A stretch of 64,000 nt of DNA. Origin: Chiloscyllium plagiosum. Its lineage: Eukaryota. The translations under genes were made by a program, and so were the position numbers. Shown in pieces: positions 27,511 to 40,770 of this stretch; the first letter of the stretch is position 1; each line of letters opens with the position of its first letter. Where the stretch lies: the NCBI RefSeq assembly GCF_004010195.1, contig NC_057730.1, forward strand, positions 46,985,065 through 47,049,064, in the 5' to 3' direction. Below the pieces are notes generated by a model. That model worked only from the letters and a program-made list of their open reading frames with translations, did not search any database and was not told the DNA's origin.

Positions 27511-30500
27511 AGTGGTGATTCAAAGGAATTCTTCTGTCATAAGATAGTGAACATCAAAAATGTTCAAATCCAGGGTGTTAGCAAAGTCTTTGTCATGGAA
27601 CTAAGTAGATTTTAGAAATATCAGAGCTGAGGGCAATGAAGAATATGTATCAAAGTTGAGGCCTGAGGCAGATCAGCCATGACCTTATTCAATGATGGAT
27701 CAAACTTGAGGGGCCAAATGGCCTACTCCAACTTCTTATATTCTTTGAAGTATACAAGGATCGCTAGAGCTCATACATCAAAAGTTAATTAGAATCTTGG
27801 GTTTCTGTATAAGCCTAAGATTCTTACTTTCAATTAATATGATTCATAATACATGAGTAGGATTAATATGACTTCAAGTTTAATATATATTTTGTATGAA
27901 GCATTATGAAAGGGAAGGCATGAGTAGGTAATTGAGAGCTTGAAGCCATGATACTGGCATGTCAAGAGGATGTTTTTGGCATTCATGCTAACATTTCACA
28001 TATCAAAACTGATGTTGTCTTACAACCAGGGTCCAATGACAAGTGATAAAACAAAGTCAGCAGTGTGGTGCATTCAGAATAAACAACTACTGGACACTGT
28101 TTAGGGAACTTCATTAATGCTGTTCTGAAGTTGAAGTAATGTTGAATTTGACTTGTTTAGGTATCAAAGAAACAAACAACAAATGAAGGGAAAAAGCCTC
28201 CAGTAACCACAAAGAAATTTGCCAAAAGGAAACCGATTACAACTAGACCCACCTGAATCTGAGCCTGAACCAGGAGCTAGGAGCTTTGGGGTGGAAATAG
28301 TACTAACTCCAGACAGAGGGTTTGGCGTTTGTAAGGATATTGTTGAAAAAGGGTAGTGGGAGAATGAATTCTTGGAGGCCCAGGATGAAACTTTTATTTC
28401 GCCTAGTGTAATATAACACTTATCATTTAAGAAATAAATTCTAACTACACTGGTCACCTTTTGTTAATGTACTTAAACTACCTCCATGATTTAAAGAGAC
28501 AAAGTTCAGATCTTACAAGCCATGTTTCAATCTGGAATCTGACTTGTCCAGTATTCCCATCAGTTAGGAATCATTACATTAAAAGAGATAAGATTTCACT
28601 GTTCTCATTGTATGCATTGATAGATCACTACACTATCAGGAACAAAATAAGATACAATTCTCAGCATATTTTCTTCAGATAAAGCATGTTTTCATCTCCA
28701 CATTTCTCTCCACTACTCTCCCTCCTTCCACCCCCCCGCTCAAAACCCTCCAACCGCACAGTGAAGACTACGCACTTCACAACAAATGGCCACAGGTGTA
28801 CTCTGATATATTTGGTTCTTTGCCAATAACTTCACAAACTATCTGGGATAAGCATATGCAGTCATTAGTGTACGAAAACCAACAAGGTTTTTCACCAGTG
28901 GTTGGAAACATCAGCGTTTTCTACCAGTTCTTTACCAGGTTTCTTCAAACACATGAAGAAATAGTCTGCTGCAACAATGGCTACTCACAGCTATAAAGTT
29001 GAAGTGCTACAGAGTGCAAAAATAAAGCTTGCACATTCTGATGCATAAACTTGAAGTTCTGAACAACTTGAGCACAAAATATGAACATGCATAAATTATA
29101 TTGACAATTACAAGTACAGAAGTAATCTCTCCATGACTAATACATAATAAAGACAATTTAAAATAATGCCTAAACTAGACTAGCCTTTTTCAATGGAATA
29201 CGTCCCTTTTGCTGAATTTGGCATAGACATTTAAAGAACAACTTCATAGCAAGATTGTCTCTCTATAGCACTAGCATGTTAAAATAGATTTGCATAAATT
29301 GCAAGACATTAACATCTGAACATAAAGATTTATCATGGTTCACATGAACATTCAAGCATTTAACAATACTAAAGGTGTTTATAAAGTCAAAATTTCATTG
29401 CGACTATTACAAGGCACAACATGAGCAGTCAGGGGAGGAGGGTGACAGCAATTAAAATCACATGGGCAAAAACTTGAAATATAGAAATTACATTCTCACA
29501 GTTATAAGGAAAAGGAATCTGCACCAAATTCTCTTGTAGCAAAAGTTCCAAACAGATAAAGTTATCAAAATAAAGATTCAACTTTTTAAATAAATCTACA
29601 TTTGACTTTCCATTGCTTCTATATTATGCCCCAGAAGATAAAGTATTGGTCATAGGACCTGCAAATGGACTAGTGTATTGGCCTGTACCCATGAATAACC
29701 ACAGCTGAAGCTAAACTTAGGCAGTTATGGTATCAAGTGTGTATTAACTTTACCAAAAACCACAGATGATGCTTGTGTGAACATACACAAAATTATGGTA
29801 CAAGTCCCAAAGCTCTGCAATTTTCACCAACATTGCCTGATAAATTATCTTGGATGGATCCATGAAAACTTCCACATTGCTATCTTTGAACTACAAAAGA
29901 TTAAATTTAAAAAGCAGTACACTTTAAAATTGGAGACCATTAATATGCAATGCACATTCAAAACAGTACAATTAAGCCAGTAAGCAGATACTAATTTAAT
30001 ATCAATTTACTGTAAAATGAGGAGAACTATAATCTCTAGGTTGTGGCAACTTCATTTTAAAACAGAACTGCATCTTTAGATATGCACACAAAAGGCTTCC
30101 TTTTTATACTTATAAAATGTTGGAATAAGCTTATAATATTACCTTTTGTTCCTAACTAAGCTTGTAGACCAATCAGCTTCCCAACATTGATCCATGCTAA
30201 CCACATGCAAAACCACAGACTACATCGTGGGAAAAAAAACAACTTCCAACATTTCACTTGATTGGCTTGGTTTTGCTCTGACTTAGACTGCATATTCTAC
30301 TCTTGTCCCTCTGCCCAGCCAAGATGACTATGGCAATTTCAGATTCAAATATTGCCGCACCACTGGAGTTAGGCCTCCGAAACAGTAGGAAACAGCACAT
30401 CTGGTAATCCTCTGCTCCAGCTGTTAGCTTGGTTTCCATCTGCAAGGATTATGATATTGTATCTTCTAGCCATGGTCCTTCACCTTAATGAAAGGCATTT

Positions 30501-31539
30501 ACCTCTTACTCAAAGTCTGGGTTTCAAACCAACATAAAATATATTCAGTAAATCAGTGAAGTAACATGTTTGAAGCCCAAAGTGGTAAACATGAAAAGTG
30601 ACAAGAAAGGAAGATAGTGTACAAAAAGCATGGGAACAAAGGAAACATGCCAGGAAAACTGGAATAAAATGGTTATAGCACAAAAAGAGGCAGACAAAAA
30701 AGTTTTCCATCACATTTGACTTTCTATTACCTTCAAAGTAAAATGTATAATGCAAGCACAGTTCAGAGCACCTGCCATTTGGATTTGCTCTCCGACAATG
30801 AATGAATGACTTCAGCTCCATCTCAACTTCAGCATTTTTTCTTGCATCCGCTTCAAAAATGATGTCTTCTGGTTGTCTTCCCATCCACCAATTAGAATAG
30901 CTTCTTTACCGACTGTTCAACACCTCTGACAAATCCTCTCCCAACTTTCTCTACAACCGGCTTGTCTAATGTGTACCAAGAGTCTATCATCTCAGGGTGT
31001 CATGACCATTTTCTCTGCACACTCTCCAATGGATTCACAACATTCCCAAAGTGTAGAATTTTTCCCAAGATTGAACAGAGTATTGTAGCTGAAGCTAAAG
31101 CAGTGCATATTAAAGATTAACCATAGCATCTTCGCTTAAATATTGTACGACTCCCATTATAGTGACCAACACACAAACAATTAACTGAAAACAAAACTAA
31201 CAGTGAAAGCCTTTTTTGCTTGTCAGCAAAAATCATAAATCAATTTACTTGATAACTTGAGTGGCTGCTCTCCTCAGTCTATTTTAACTCATTTCCTCTA
31301 CATTGCAATAATTAGGTGTGATTAAATTGACTTTAAGCCTGCCTCTAAAATGTCTAACTTCATTGCAACACATATTAAACTAAAATCATGCTCTCTTAAA
31401 TATATTTTAATAAATTATACAGTGTAAAAGGCAAGTTAAAGTAGTATGGTGGTATCTGCAAGATGTTTTCATTCCAATCACTTTAGCACCTTTTAAACTG
31501 TACTGGAAAGTTTGTTTTAAAATAATGACGACTTGGGTA

Positions 31540-32170
31540 TAAATCACAAGTCAGAACAGCCACAAGGGCTTTTACAGCCATTGAAAAACTTGAAGATATT
31601 GGACAGTGGCAGTCAATTTGCACACAGTAAGGTCCCTAAAATAGCAAATCAATTATGACTGGATATCAGTCTTAGTGGTGATGGGATGATCAATACCACC
31701 ATGGTGTAATTTATATGCACCTGGGTGTAAACAGTACCTAGGTTTAACATTTCATGTGAAAGCCTGCATCTTTGAAAATGCAATACTGAGGGAGTGCTGG
31801 AATGAAATTTTAGCCTGTGCATGGTGGCTCAGTGGTTAGCCTGCTGCCTCACAGCACCATGTACCCTAGTTAGATTCCTGGCTCAGGCAATTGTGTGTGA
31901 AGTTTGCACATTCTCCCAGTGTCTGCGTGGGTTTCCTCCGGGTGCTCCGGTTTCCTCCCACAGTCCAAAGATGTGCAGGTTAGGTGAATTGGCCATGCTA
32001 AATTGCCCGTATGAGGTGGATTAGTTAGGGGTAAATGTAGGAGAATGCGTCTGGGTGGGTTGCTCTTTGGAGGGTCGGTATGGACTTGTTGGGCCAAAGG
32101 GCCTGTTTCCACACTATAGGGAATCTAATTATATGTTCCAGGCTCTAGAATGAAGCTTGGACCCAAAAGG
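31540..32170 (-). mobile_element. Decayed DeuSINE-like element interrupted by an HE1 SINE
   Basis: ggtttaacatttcatgtgaaagcctgcatctttgaaaatgca resembles the reverse complement of the Deu domain (from recall) and resumes after 32128. Confidence 0.45.
31818..32128 (+). mobile_element. HE1-type tRNA-derived SINE
   Basis: A box tggctcagtgg, B-box-like agattcctgg, core gggtttcctccgggtgctccggtttcctcccacagtccaaagatgtgcagg, HER1-like tail gggcctgtttccacact. Confidence 0.92.
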
Positions 32171-33684
32171 CAAGATTCTACATGATCAGTGAAATGCAAC
32201 AGCTTACTAAAAAGGGGTGCACAGGATCACAACAGAACACATGAGGTTTTATCAAAAAACTGTAGAAAACTCTGAAATGTTCTATCTACAACATTTTTTA
32301 GAAACAGACTGCACAATTTAACTATTACCCACGGTCAAATTACTTTCAGGAAAATTCAATCTGTGATTCACATGGTGTGATTTTATAATTTCATGAACTG
32401 CCTGCCCAAAGATGTCATAACGTGTCATCAGTCAGAGAAATAAGACTTCAAGTAATGAAACCTGTCACACAACCATTTCCTATCTTCAGTCAACATCAGC
32501 ATCCAAGATCTTATTAAAAGTATGCTTGTGTTTTGGTTGAGAAGGCAAGTAATTTAATCTATCCATGAACCTGTCATTTGAAAAGAGTGTTCCATCTCAA
32601 TAATTCTTCCTTCCTAAATCCCACATTCCGAGTACACTTAAACATTAGCGCTTCAGGACAAGTTGTACCTGTTATACAATTCGTCCCCCCAAGTAACACT
32701 AAGAAAAATGTCCTCGCCTTAAACATTTAGTGCATGTTATAATTCTATTAGATGTATCAAATTTATCGCATTGGAGGTTGAGCAATATTTTATTTTGATG
32801 CTCATTTGCCTTTCAACATGTTAGGATGTTAACTATCAAGGCAGACCAACAAAATTTGAATTGCAAGTCCCAATAAAACAAACCCAAATTTTCATTGGCA
32901 TCGCTTGGGTTTGGGGAAAGGGAAGATAACATTGAATAGAACTTCTACTTGAAACGCAGAGTCAACAATTTAACTATTACTAACTATAACTATTCCCAAA
33001 CTTCAATTTCAGCTCAGGACTTGGAGAACGTATCTCTGCCAAGGTGCGCTGCAAAGTACAATTCAAAATTTTAGATCTTAAAAAAAAAGAGCCAAATGAG
33101 GTATCTATAAATTTCAAAAAAGTGCATGTAGGCATTGGAAAAAAGCATCATGCCACATTAGTTTTCTGGCAAATTAATGGTCGGTGCAACATGAAACGGC
33201 ACTGACAAATTCCTACTGTACTTCAATACTCAAACGCAAAGATTGAGACTAGCAGCCCACTCCCGCTTGCATCCCGACTTTAAAACAGTTACTTTAATTG
33301 GTGTTAGGAGTCATCTGGTGTCACAGCTGAAGACGTAATTCTGTGTATATGCATTCTAGCAGGTTACTCCTAAAAATTGATCAAAAGGAAGCATGCAATT
33401 TTCTTTTTACCCCTCACTGAATAGAGGTGGAGACAAACTCCATACAGTAACTGAAGCCAAGTCTCAACTTGATCTTCCTGGTCAATATGGCTCAGTATTC
33501 TACTTGGCCATATATTTAGATTAACAGATACTACTGGAAAATCCAAAAGACATTAAGCTTGAGGTAATGAGAGCCTTATATCAAAACTCATGACTCAACA
33601 TCACTAAGAACAGATTATCTGGTCATTATCACTTTGCCACTTGTGGAACCTCATTGCATAAAAACTCTATATTTCAGGACTTCA

Positions 33685-33969
33685 AGATTCCCTACAGTGT
33701 GGAAACAGGCCCACCGACCCTCTGAAGAGTCCCAGCCCCATTTCTCTTCGAATGATGCACCTAACAGTATGGGCAATTTAGCGTGGCCAATTCACCTGAC
33801 CCGTACATCTTTGGACTGTGGGAGGAAACCGGAGCACCTGGAGGAAACCCACACAGACACGGGGGAGAATGTGCAAACTCCACACAGACAGTTGCCAAAG
33901 GCTGGAATCGAACCTGGGATCTTGGTGCTGTGAGGCAGCAGTGCTAACCACTGAGCCACCGTGCCGCCC
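33685..33969 (-). mobile_element. HE1-type SINE
   Basis: Reverse complement of the same A/B box, core and tail. Confidence 0.92.
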
Positions 33970-35199
33970 CATGTACAGTGCTTCAGGGTGTCCAAAAATT
34001 GTAGAAGATGCTGTGAAAATATCTATGACTGACATATTGCCAGTAACTACAAAATAATTAACATTATAACTTTGTCAATTATTTCTCAGCTGTGTAGATA
34101 CAACCTGGGTCAGAAAAATACGGAGTCTTTCTAGGTAAGTAAATTCTGGGTCCTAATAGCAATTTACAGATGCACACAGTACCAAAGATTCATGCCATGT
34201 AAATTGTAAATCCCAAACTGTTTATTTTCACACACTTGTGCAATGGCTGAATACAATCAATTTTACAACAGCTGATGGATGTTTCAAATGGCCTGCGAAA
34301 AGGTGACAAAATGGCACAGATTAAGGGTTAGCATATGTATGACTGAAGAATGAAATAAACCATTTTCCCAGATAAGAGTAGTTGTTAAGACAGTTACAAA
34401 CAAAAAGGAAAATATAGAAAAGGCTTGCAAATGAGAATTAAGACCACCTCCAATTCAAAAGTTATTGACAATGGGACTGAATAGTTCCTTGAACTATATT
34501 TTTGGATGCAAGAAAAATTGAAGTGAAGAACTCATCAAAACATTATTCTTGCACAGAAAACATTTCTTGGTGTTTATGACTCTTTCATTTAGTCTAATCC
34601 TTGGGAAATAGAATCCTACTATACTTGGTCTCGAAGAAGCTTGGAAAACTGCTTTTAAAACAGTGAAAACCATGATCTGAGAGGTTTAAATACAGAACCT
34701 AGTTTTAAGACTCGTGATCAATGTTCATTTCCAAATATGAACAAATGTAAACTGTAGAGGGCAAAACTGAAATTACACAACAGGCTCAAAAATTCATACT
34801 TTACAATAAGGCAAAATCAAGTCTTAACGGGCTTGAGCTTTCAATGAATTTAATGCAACATACAAAAAAAAACTAGAGCAAATATCCACTTTGATTGCTT
34901 TAAAACATCTACTACACTTGAAGGGGCACTTGAGTAAAGGCTTATGAATATACCGTCGTTCCCAGATCTCGATGTGTGGGGGGTGGCAGATGAAATAAGA
35001 TAGCTTTGAAATGCCAGCATGAGCTAGCAAATACTGCAGGAAGAGACTTCTGAGAGCAGTCGTCTCCATCACCTCTCAAACCCCCTCCACGAAAGCGGGC
35101 CTTATTTGTTTTATTTGCGTTTAGCAAATCGAGGGCGAGAGAGGGGAAGGATAAACAAGGCCACAAACATAAATAAACGGGGGGGGGGGGAGAAAGAGA

Positions 35200-36660
35200 T
35201 GGAGAAGTGAGAAAAGAAGGAAAGAGAGATTGTCAAGCTTGGGAGATGCAAAGCGGTCGGGCTTTCACATTCCACGTGAATTCAGATATTCCCCCCCCCC
35301 CCCCCCCGCCCCCGTCAATGGGGCTGAAAGCAAAAGCGCACACGCTGATGGGGAACGGCCAGGGGATTGAACACAGGGAAGGCTGCAGCATGGCGCCTGT
35401 GGCCTACGCGTGGTTCCCATTACCGGGGGGGGGGGGGGGGCAGGGATAGGTGAGAAACCCCGCGCTCACTCGGCCCTGAGGCCTAACCGTCACTTCACAC
35501 TTTGCTCACATGAACAGAGAGAGATAATTTTAAAAAATTGAACCGGATTTCAAAGGATGAGGTAGGACCTGGGGGGGGGGGGGGGGGGGTGGTGAAGGGA
35601 TTGGGAAGGGTCGGGGTTGGGGGAGAGAATAGCCCTCCCCCCCACACACAAACACCAGGCCTCGGTCTCGCCTACCTTCCATCTCCATCTCCTCGGGCTC
35701 GCTGAGGTGCTGCTCATTCTGCTCGCTCGGCTTGGTGCAGTGGTTCATGGTCTCGGAGAAGGCCTCGGCCTTCCTGGCGGCGGCGTTGGCGGCCGGCGGC
35801 GGCGGCTGGGACGACGTGAGGGACGGCTCGCGGCTGGCAGGAACGGAAACCCGGACGTATTTGCTCGCTATGCGCCCAATCTCGGCCGAGTGCTGCGCTC
35901 GAAGCTCCCTCCCCCCTCCCCGTTTGTCACGGCAAAGGGGGAACTCGCCTCGACCTGCCCCGAGAAAGGTGCGGGGAGAGCCAGCGCCTCTCCCCCTCCC
36001 CGGAGGAGTTTTTTTTTGAAACCTTCCCCCTAGTGAGGAGAGTGCAAGGGTGTGGGTGGGGGGGGGTCTTGGCGGTGTACTTTTAGAGAGAGGGGGGGAA
36101 ACGTATGGGCTGTTTGTTTGTATGGGGTTTGGGAACGGGGGTGGGTGAAGGGATGGGGGGGGGTGGGAAAGGAGAGGTGGGAGGGAAGAGGAGGGGGTTT
36201 GGCTGATTGTGACTTGTTGTCGTCCCTGTGGCGGGGCAGACGGCCGCCGGGGCCCCCACCCCCCGGACAGTGGTTCTGGTCCTCCTCCTCTTTTCCTCAG
36301 GCTGCACAGTCCTCGTCTCTTTCCTTTTGGTTTATCCCCCTCCTCTCTCTCTTTCTTTCTTTCTTTCTTTGACTCTCCCTCTCTTCTTTCTTCCTTCCTT
36401 CTCTCTCTGGCCTCCGTTCTCCTCGGCCCCGCTGGCTCCGCACGGTGGAGAAAATGGCGGCGCGACGCAGATGTCAACTCGACACCGCGCAGGCGCAGCT
36501 ACGCGGCTCCGATGGGAAAGGGGGCGGAACCAAGTGGAGACAGGGGTGGGCTTTTGTGGGAAAATGGGCGGGGCCCGGTCGCAAGGGGGCGGAGTTTAGG
36601 AAGGGGTGGGCCGTCTGATGTCACGGACATCCTCCACAACACCAGTATTTTCAGGGTGGG
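35200..36660 (-). promoter_or_regulatory. CpG island / USP7 promoter and long GC-rich 5'UTR
   Basis: Sharp rise in GC and CpG against an AT-rich, CpG-poor background. YY1 motif AAAATGGCGG at 36451-36460, NRF1-like GCGCAGGCGCA at 36487-36497, GC boxes GGGGCGGA at ~36521 and ~36586. No TATA box seen. Confidence 0.9.
35676..35748 (-). CDS. USP7: USP7 coding exon 1 (MNHCTKPSEQNEQHLSEPEEMEME + 1 nt)
   Basis: ATG at 35748-35746 in Kozak context GAGACC-ATG. 24 codons plus 1 nt, ending at donor GAAG|GTAGGC. Matches the vertebrate USP7 N-terminus (human MNH...[13 protein letters not shown]). Sits in a CpG island. Its phase-1 end fits exon 2. Confidence 0.95.
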
Positions 36661-37199
36661 TTGGGCAGCCAGGGTGGGGTATTGGGCTTGACACTGGAAC
36701 AGGCCCCTCCAACCTATTCCACCACCCACTGAGATGATCTGTGGCCTAACTCCACCTAACCTTCCCCAGTGAAGAAGTGGACTGGAAATGTTAACTCTGC
36801 TTTGTCTCCACAGAAAATGTGATGTGGAGGTGCTGGGGTGGACAAAGCCAAAAATCTCATGACACCAGTTTATAGTCCAAACTCGCAGTTTCAAGTAAAC
36901 TGTTGGACTATAACCCAGTGTGGTGTGAATTTTGACTTTGTTCATGGAAAAGAACCAATGCTGGAGATCATAGCGGGTCTGACGGCATTCATGAAGAGAC
37001 AGCAAGCTAATGTGTTGAGTATAGATGACTCTTCATCAGAGCTGAAGTGAAGTGTCTTGCCACAGATACTGCTGGATCTAGCCATAGAGTCATACAGCAT
37101 AGAAACATGCCTATGTCTATGTTGAACAACAAATACCAAACTATACTGATCGCATTGACCTGCACTTGGTCCACAGGCTACTATGTCCTGGCATTTTAC

Positions 37200-38655
37200 A
37201 TACATGACTAGGGTAGGAATAGGTCCAATCAAGGATAGTAGTGGGAAGTTGCGTGTGCAGGCTGAAGAGATTGGGGAGACACTGAATGAATACTTTTCGT
37301 CAGTATTCACTCAGGAACAGGACATTGTTGCCGATGTGAATACTGAGTCACAATTAAGTAGAATGAATGGCTTTGAGGTATGTAGGGAAGAGGTGTTGGA
37401 AATTCTGGAAAGGGTGAAAATAGATAAGTCCCCTGGGCCTGATGGCATTTATCCTAGGATTCTCTGGGAAGCAAGGGAGGAGATTGCAGAGCCATTGGCC
37501 TTAATGTTTATGTCCTCGTTGTCTACAGGAATAGTGCCAGAAGACTGGAGAATAGCAAATGTGGTNNNNNNNNNNNNNNNNNNNNNNNNNNNNNNNNNNN
37601 NNNNNNNNNNNNNNNNNNNNNNNNNNNNNNNNNNNNNNNNNNNNNNNNNNNNNNNNNNNNNNNNNNNNNNNNNNNNNNNNNNNNNNNNNNNNNNNNNNNN
37701 NNNNNNNNNNNNNNNNNNNNNNNNNNNNNNNNNNNNNNNNNNNNNNNNNNNNNNNNNNNNNNNNNNNNNNNNNNNNNNNNNNNNNNNNNNNNNNNNNNNN
37801 NNNNNNNNNNNNNNNNNNNNNNNNNNNNNNNNNNNNNNNNNNNNNNNNNNNNNNNNNNNNNNNNNNNNNNNNNNNNNNNNNNNNNNNNNNNNNNNNNNNN
37901 NNNNNNNNNNNNNNNNNNNNNNNNNNNNNNNNNNNNNNNNNNNNNNNNNNNNNNNNNNNNNNNNNNNNNNNNNNNNNNNNNNNNNNNNNNNNNNNNNNNN
38001 NNNNNNNNNNNNNNNNNNNNNNNNNNNNNNNNNNNNNNNNNNNNNNNNNNNNNNNNNNNNNNNNNNNNNNNNNNNNNNNNNNNNNNNNNNNNNNNNNNNN
38101 NNNNNNNNNNNNNNNNNNNNNNNNNNNNNNNNNNNNNNNNNNNNNNNNNNNNNNNNNNNNNNNNNNNNNNNNNNNNNNNNNNNNNNNNNNNNNNNNNNNN
38201 NNNNNNNNNNNNNNNNNNNNNNNNNNNNNNNNNNNNNNNNNNNNNNNNNNNNNNNNNNNNNNNNNNNNNNNNNNNNNNNNNNNNNNNNNNNNNNNNNNNN
38301 NNNNNNNNNNNNNNNNNNNNNNNNNNNNNNNNNNNNNNNNNNNNNNNNNNNNNNNNNNNNNNNNNNNNNNNNNNNNNNNNNNNNNNNNNNNNNNNNNNNN
38401 NNNNNNNNNNNNNNNNNNNNNNNNNNNGGTAGGTATAGGGCAGATGTTAGGGGTAGGTTCTTTACTCAGCGTGTCGTGAGTTCATGGAATGCCCTGCCAG
38501 TAGCAGTGGTGGACTCTCCCTCATTATGGGCCTCTTTATGGGCATTGGATAGACATATGGAGGATAGTGGGCTAGTGTAGGTTAGGTGGGCTTGGATCGG
38601 CACAACATCGAGGGCCAAAGGGCCTGTACTGCGCTGTATTCTTCTATGTTCTATA
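37200..38655 (+). mobile_element. Young CR1 LINE spanning an assembly gap, nested in an older minus-strand CR1 3' end (37085-37200 and 38655-39190)
   Basis: Uninterrupted GETLNEYFSSVFT..KSPGPDGIYPRILWEA..PEDWRIANV before the gap; GRYRADVRGRFFTQRVV and 3'UTR after it. Confidence 0.9.
37566..38427. other. Assembly gap (862 N)
   Basis: Run of N. Confidence 1.
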
Positions 38656-40416
38656 CTTATCCAGGTGTTTACTAAATGTGAGAGTACCTTCCTCCAACAG
38701 CATCTCAGGCAGCATGTTCCATATTTTTTACCACCCACTGTGTGAAAAGTTTAGGTCTCCTCTCAACCACCTATTCCTTTCCTTCAGTTTATGTCAATTC
38801 TAAGGAAGGGTCACCCGACCCAAAATGTTAACTCTGATTTCTCTTCAAGACCTGCTGAACTTTTCCAGCAACTTCTATTTTTGTTAAACTTATGCCCTGT
38901 GGTCTTAGATACATTTGCCATGGAGAAAAGATTCTCATGATCTACTTTGTCTCTGCCGCTCATAATCTTGTATACCTCTGTCAGATCCTCCCTCAACCTC
39001 TCTTGCTCCAAGGAAAACTAATCCAGCCTATCCAGTCTTTCTACATAACTGAGTCTTTTCATTCCAGGCAAAAACCTGGTAAAACTCCTCTGCACGCTTT
39101 CGAGTGCAATTATGTCTCTCTCGTAGTGCAGCATCTGGAACTGCACACTGTTATGCTATCTGTGGCCTAAACAATGTTTTATAAGATTGTTGAGTTTCTC
39201 TAGCAATTTTTGTTTTTTCTTCCATATACCAACCTTTGGCCCATATCCCTTTCTGCCTTTGCTTCAGAAAAATCTGTCTTTCTCAAATTTAAAATTAATA
39301 ACTGATCTGGCATCAACTATTGTTTGTGCAAGAGAGTTCCAAACCTCTTACCACACTTTGTGTGTAAAAGTGCTTCCGAACTTGTCTCTTGAATGGCCTG
39401 GCCCTAATTTTTAGACTATGTCCTGGGTAGAAATCAAGAATCCTAGGCGAATGTTATGGAGACATAGATTTGATTGAATTCAATTTAAAATCTGCACTTA
39501 AATGCAAGCAATGGGCTATGCATATAAATTGAAAAATTGGAAATACAAGTGATTTAATGGTGATTTGTTAGTCGGACAAAAAGCTATTCAGTTGTTTGTG
39601 ATAAAAGCTTCCAGATAAAGAAGCAAAAGTATTAAAAGCTAGTCTAATGAGACCATTGTCAACTGTCATAAAGAACCATGTGGTTCAATGACATCCTTCA
39701 AGGAAGACAATCCACTGTCATTATCCAGTCTGGCCTACATGTGATTCTACTCAGTTAGAAATCTGGAATTAAAAAGTAATCTAATGGCAGCCATCATCAA
39801 TTCTTGTAAATACCAGTGTGGTTCACAAACACCCTTCAATCTGCTGTCCTTATCCATTCCGGCCTACATTTGGCCCCAGACCCACAGTGATTCTTAACTG
39901 CCCTCCTTGGTGCTAAGAGATGGGCAATAAGTGACACTTATAGCCAGAGACACTTGAATGACATGAGTGAATAACAAAAACAAATATGGAGCTGACACAC
40001 CTCCCAATTACAATTGTCTGCCCGCTCAGAAATTGTATTCTTTCGCCCCGCCCCACTTCTAGTCTTGTTTCTCCCTGAACAATTCCAGAAGTAAAACAAA
40101 ATGAGTTTCAAAGAAGAGTCATACCAGACTCAAAACATTAACTCTTGTTTCTCTCTCCACAGATGCCGTTGGACTGACTGAGATACTCCAGCACTTTCAG
40201 TAAGACCTCCTCAGCAAATACTGAATCTTTCCAATTTGAAAAGTTATGATGTTTTCAAAAATGACCCTCTCCAGCCAGGTGCACAAGTAGCTCCCAGAGA
40301 CAAAAATCAGCAAAACTTTCGAAATGATTCACACTGGTTCAACTCTCGTATACCTCAAAATGTAATTGCAGTACATTTCTTTTTTTTTACTGGTATTTCT
40401 CCAGAAGGTCATCCTT

Positions 40417-40770
40417 GGGCAGCATGGTAGCTTAATGGTTAGCACTGTTTCATCACAGTGACAGGGACTCGGGTTTGATTCCACCCTGGGGTGACTGTGT
40501 GGAATTTACACAGTTCCTCCATGTCTGTGTGGATTTCCTCCAGGTGCGTGTGTTTTCCTCCCACAGTCCAAAGATGTGCAGGTTAGATGGATTGGGCATG
40601 CTAAATTGCCCATAATGTCCAGGGATGTGCAAGCTAGGCAGATTAGACATGGGAAATACAGGATTATAGGGATAGAGTAGGGAGGTGAATCTGGGTGAGA
40701 TGCTCTTCAGAGTTTCGGTGTGGACTCTATGGGCTGAATGGCCTGCTTCCACACTGAAGGGATTCTATGA
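40417..40770 (+). mobile_element. HE1-type SINE (longer subfamily)
   Basis: tRNA-like head, HE1 core and tail. Confidence 0.88.

Noticed and set aside
27791-27824. 14-bp hairpin with two G-U pairs
   Set aside because: Too short for a pre-miRNA and has no supporting context.
35530-36477. 315-aa single-exon ORF as a gene
   Set aside because: Starts at a non-ATG codon and reads through the exon 1 donor into intron 1; only 35748-35676 is supported coding sequence.
37183-38580. 465-aa and 306-aa ORFs
   Set aside because: Artefacts of translating through the 862-N gap; the real parts are CR1 ORF2.
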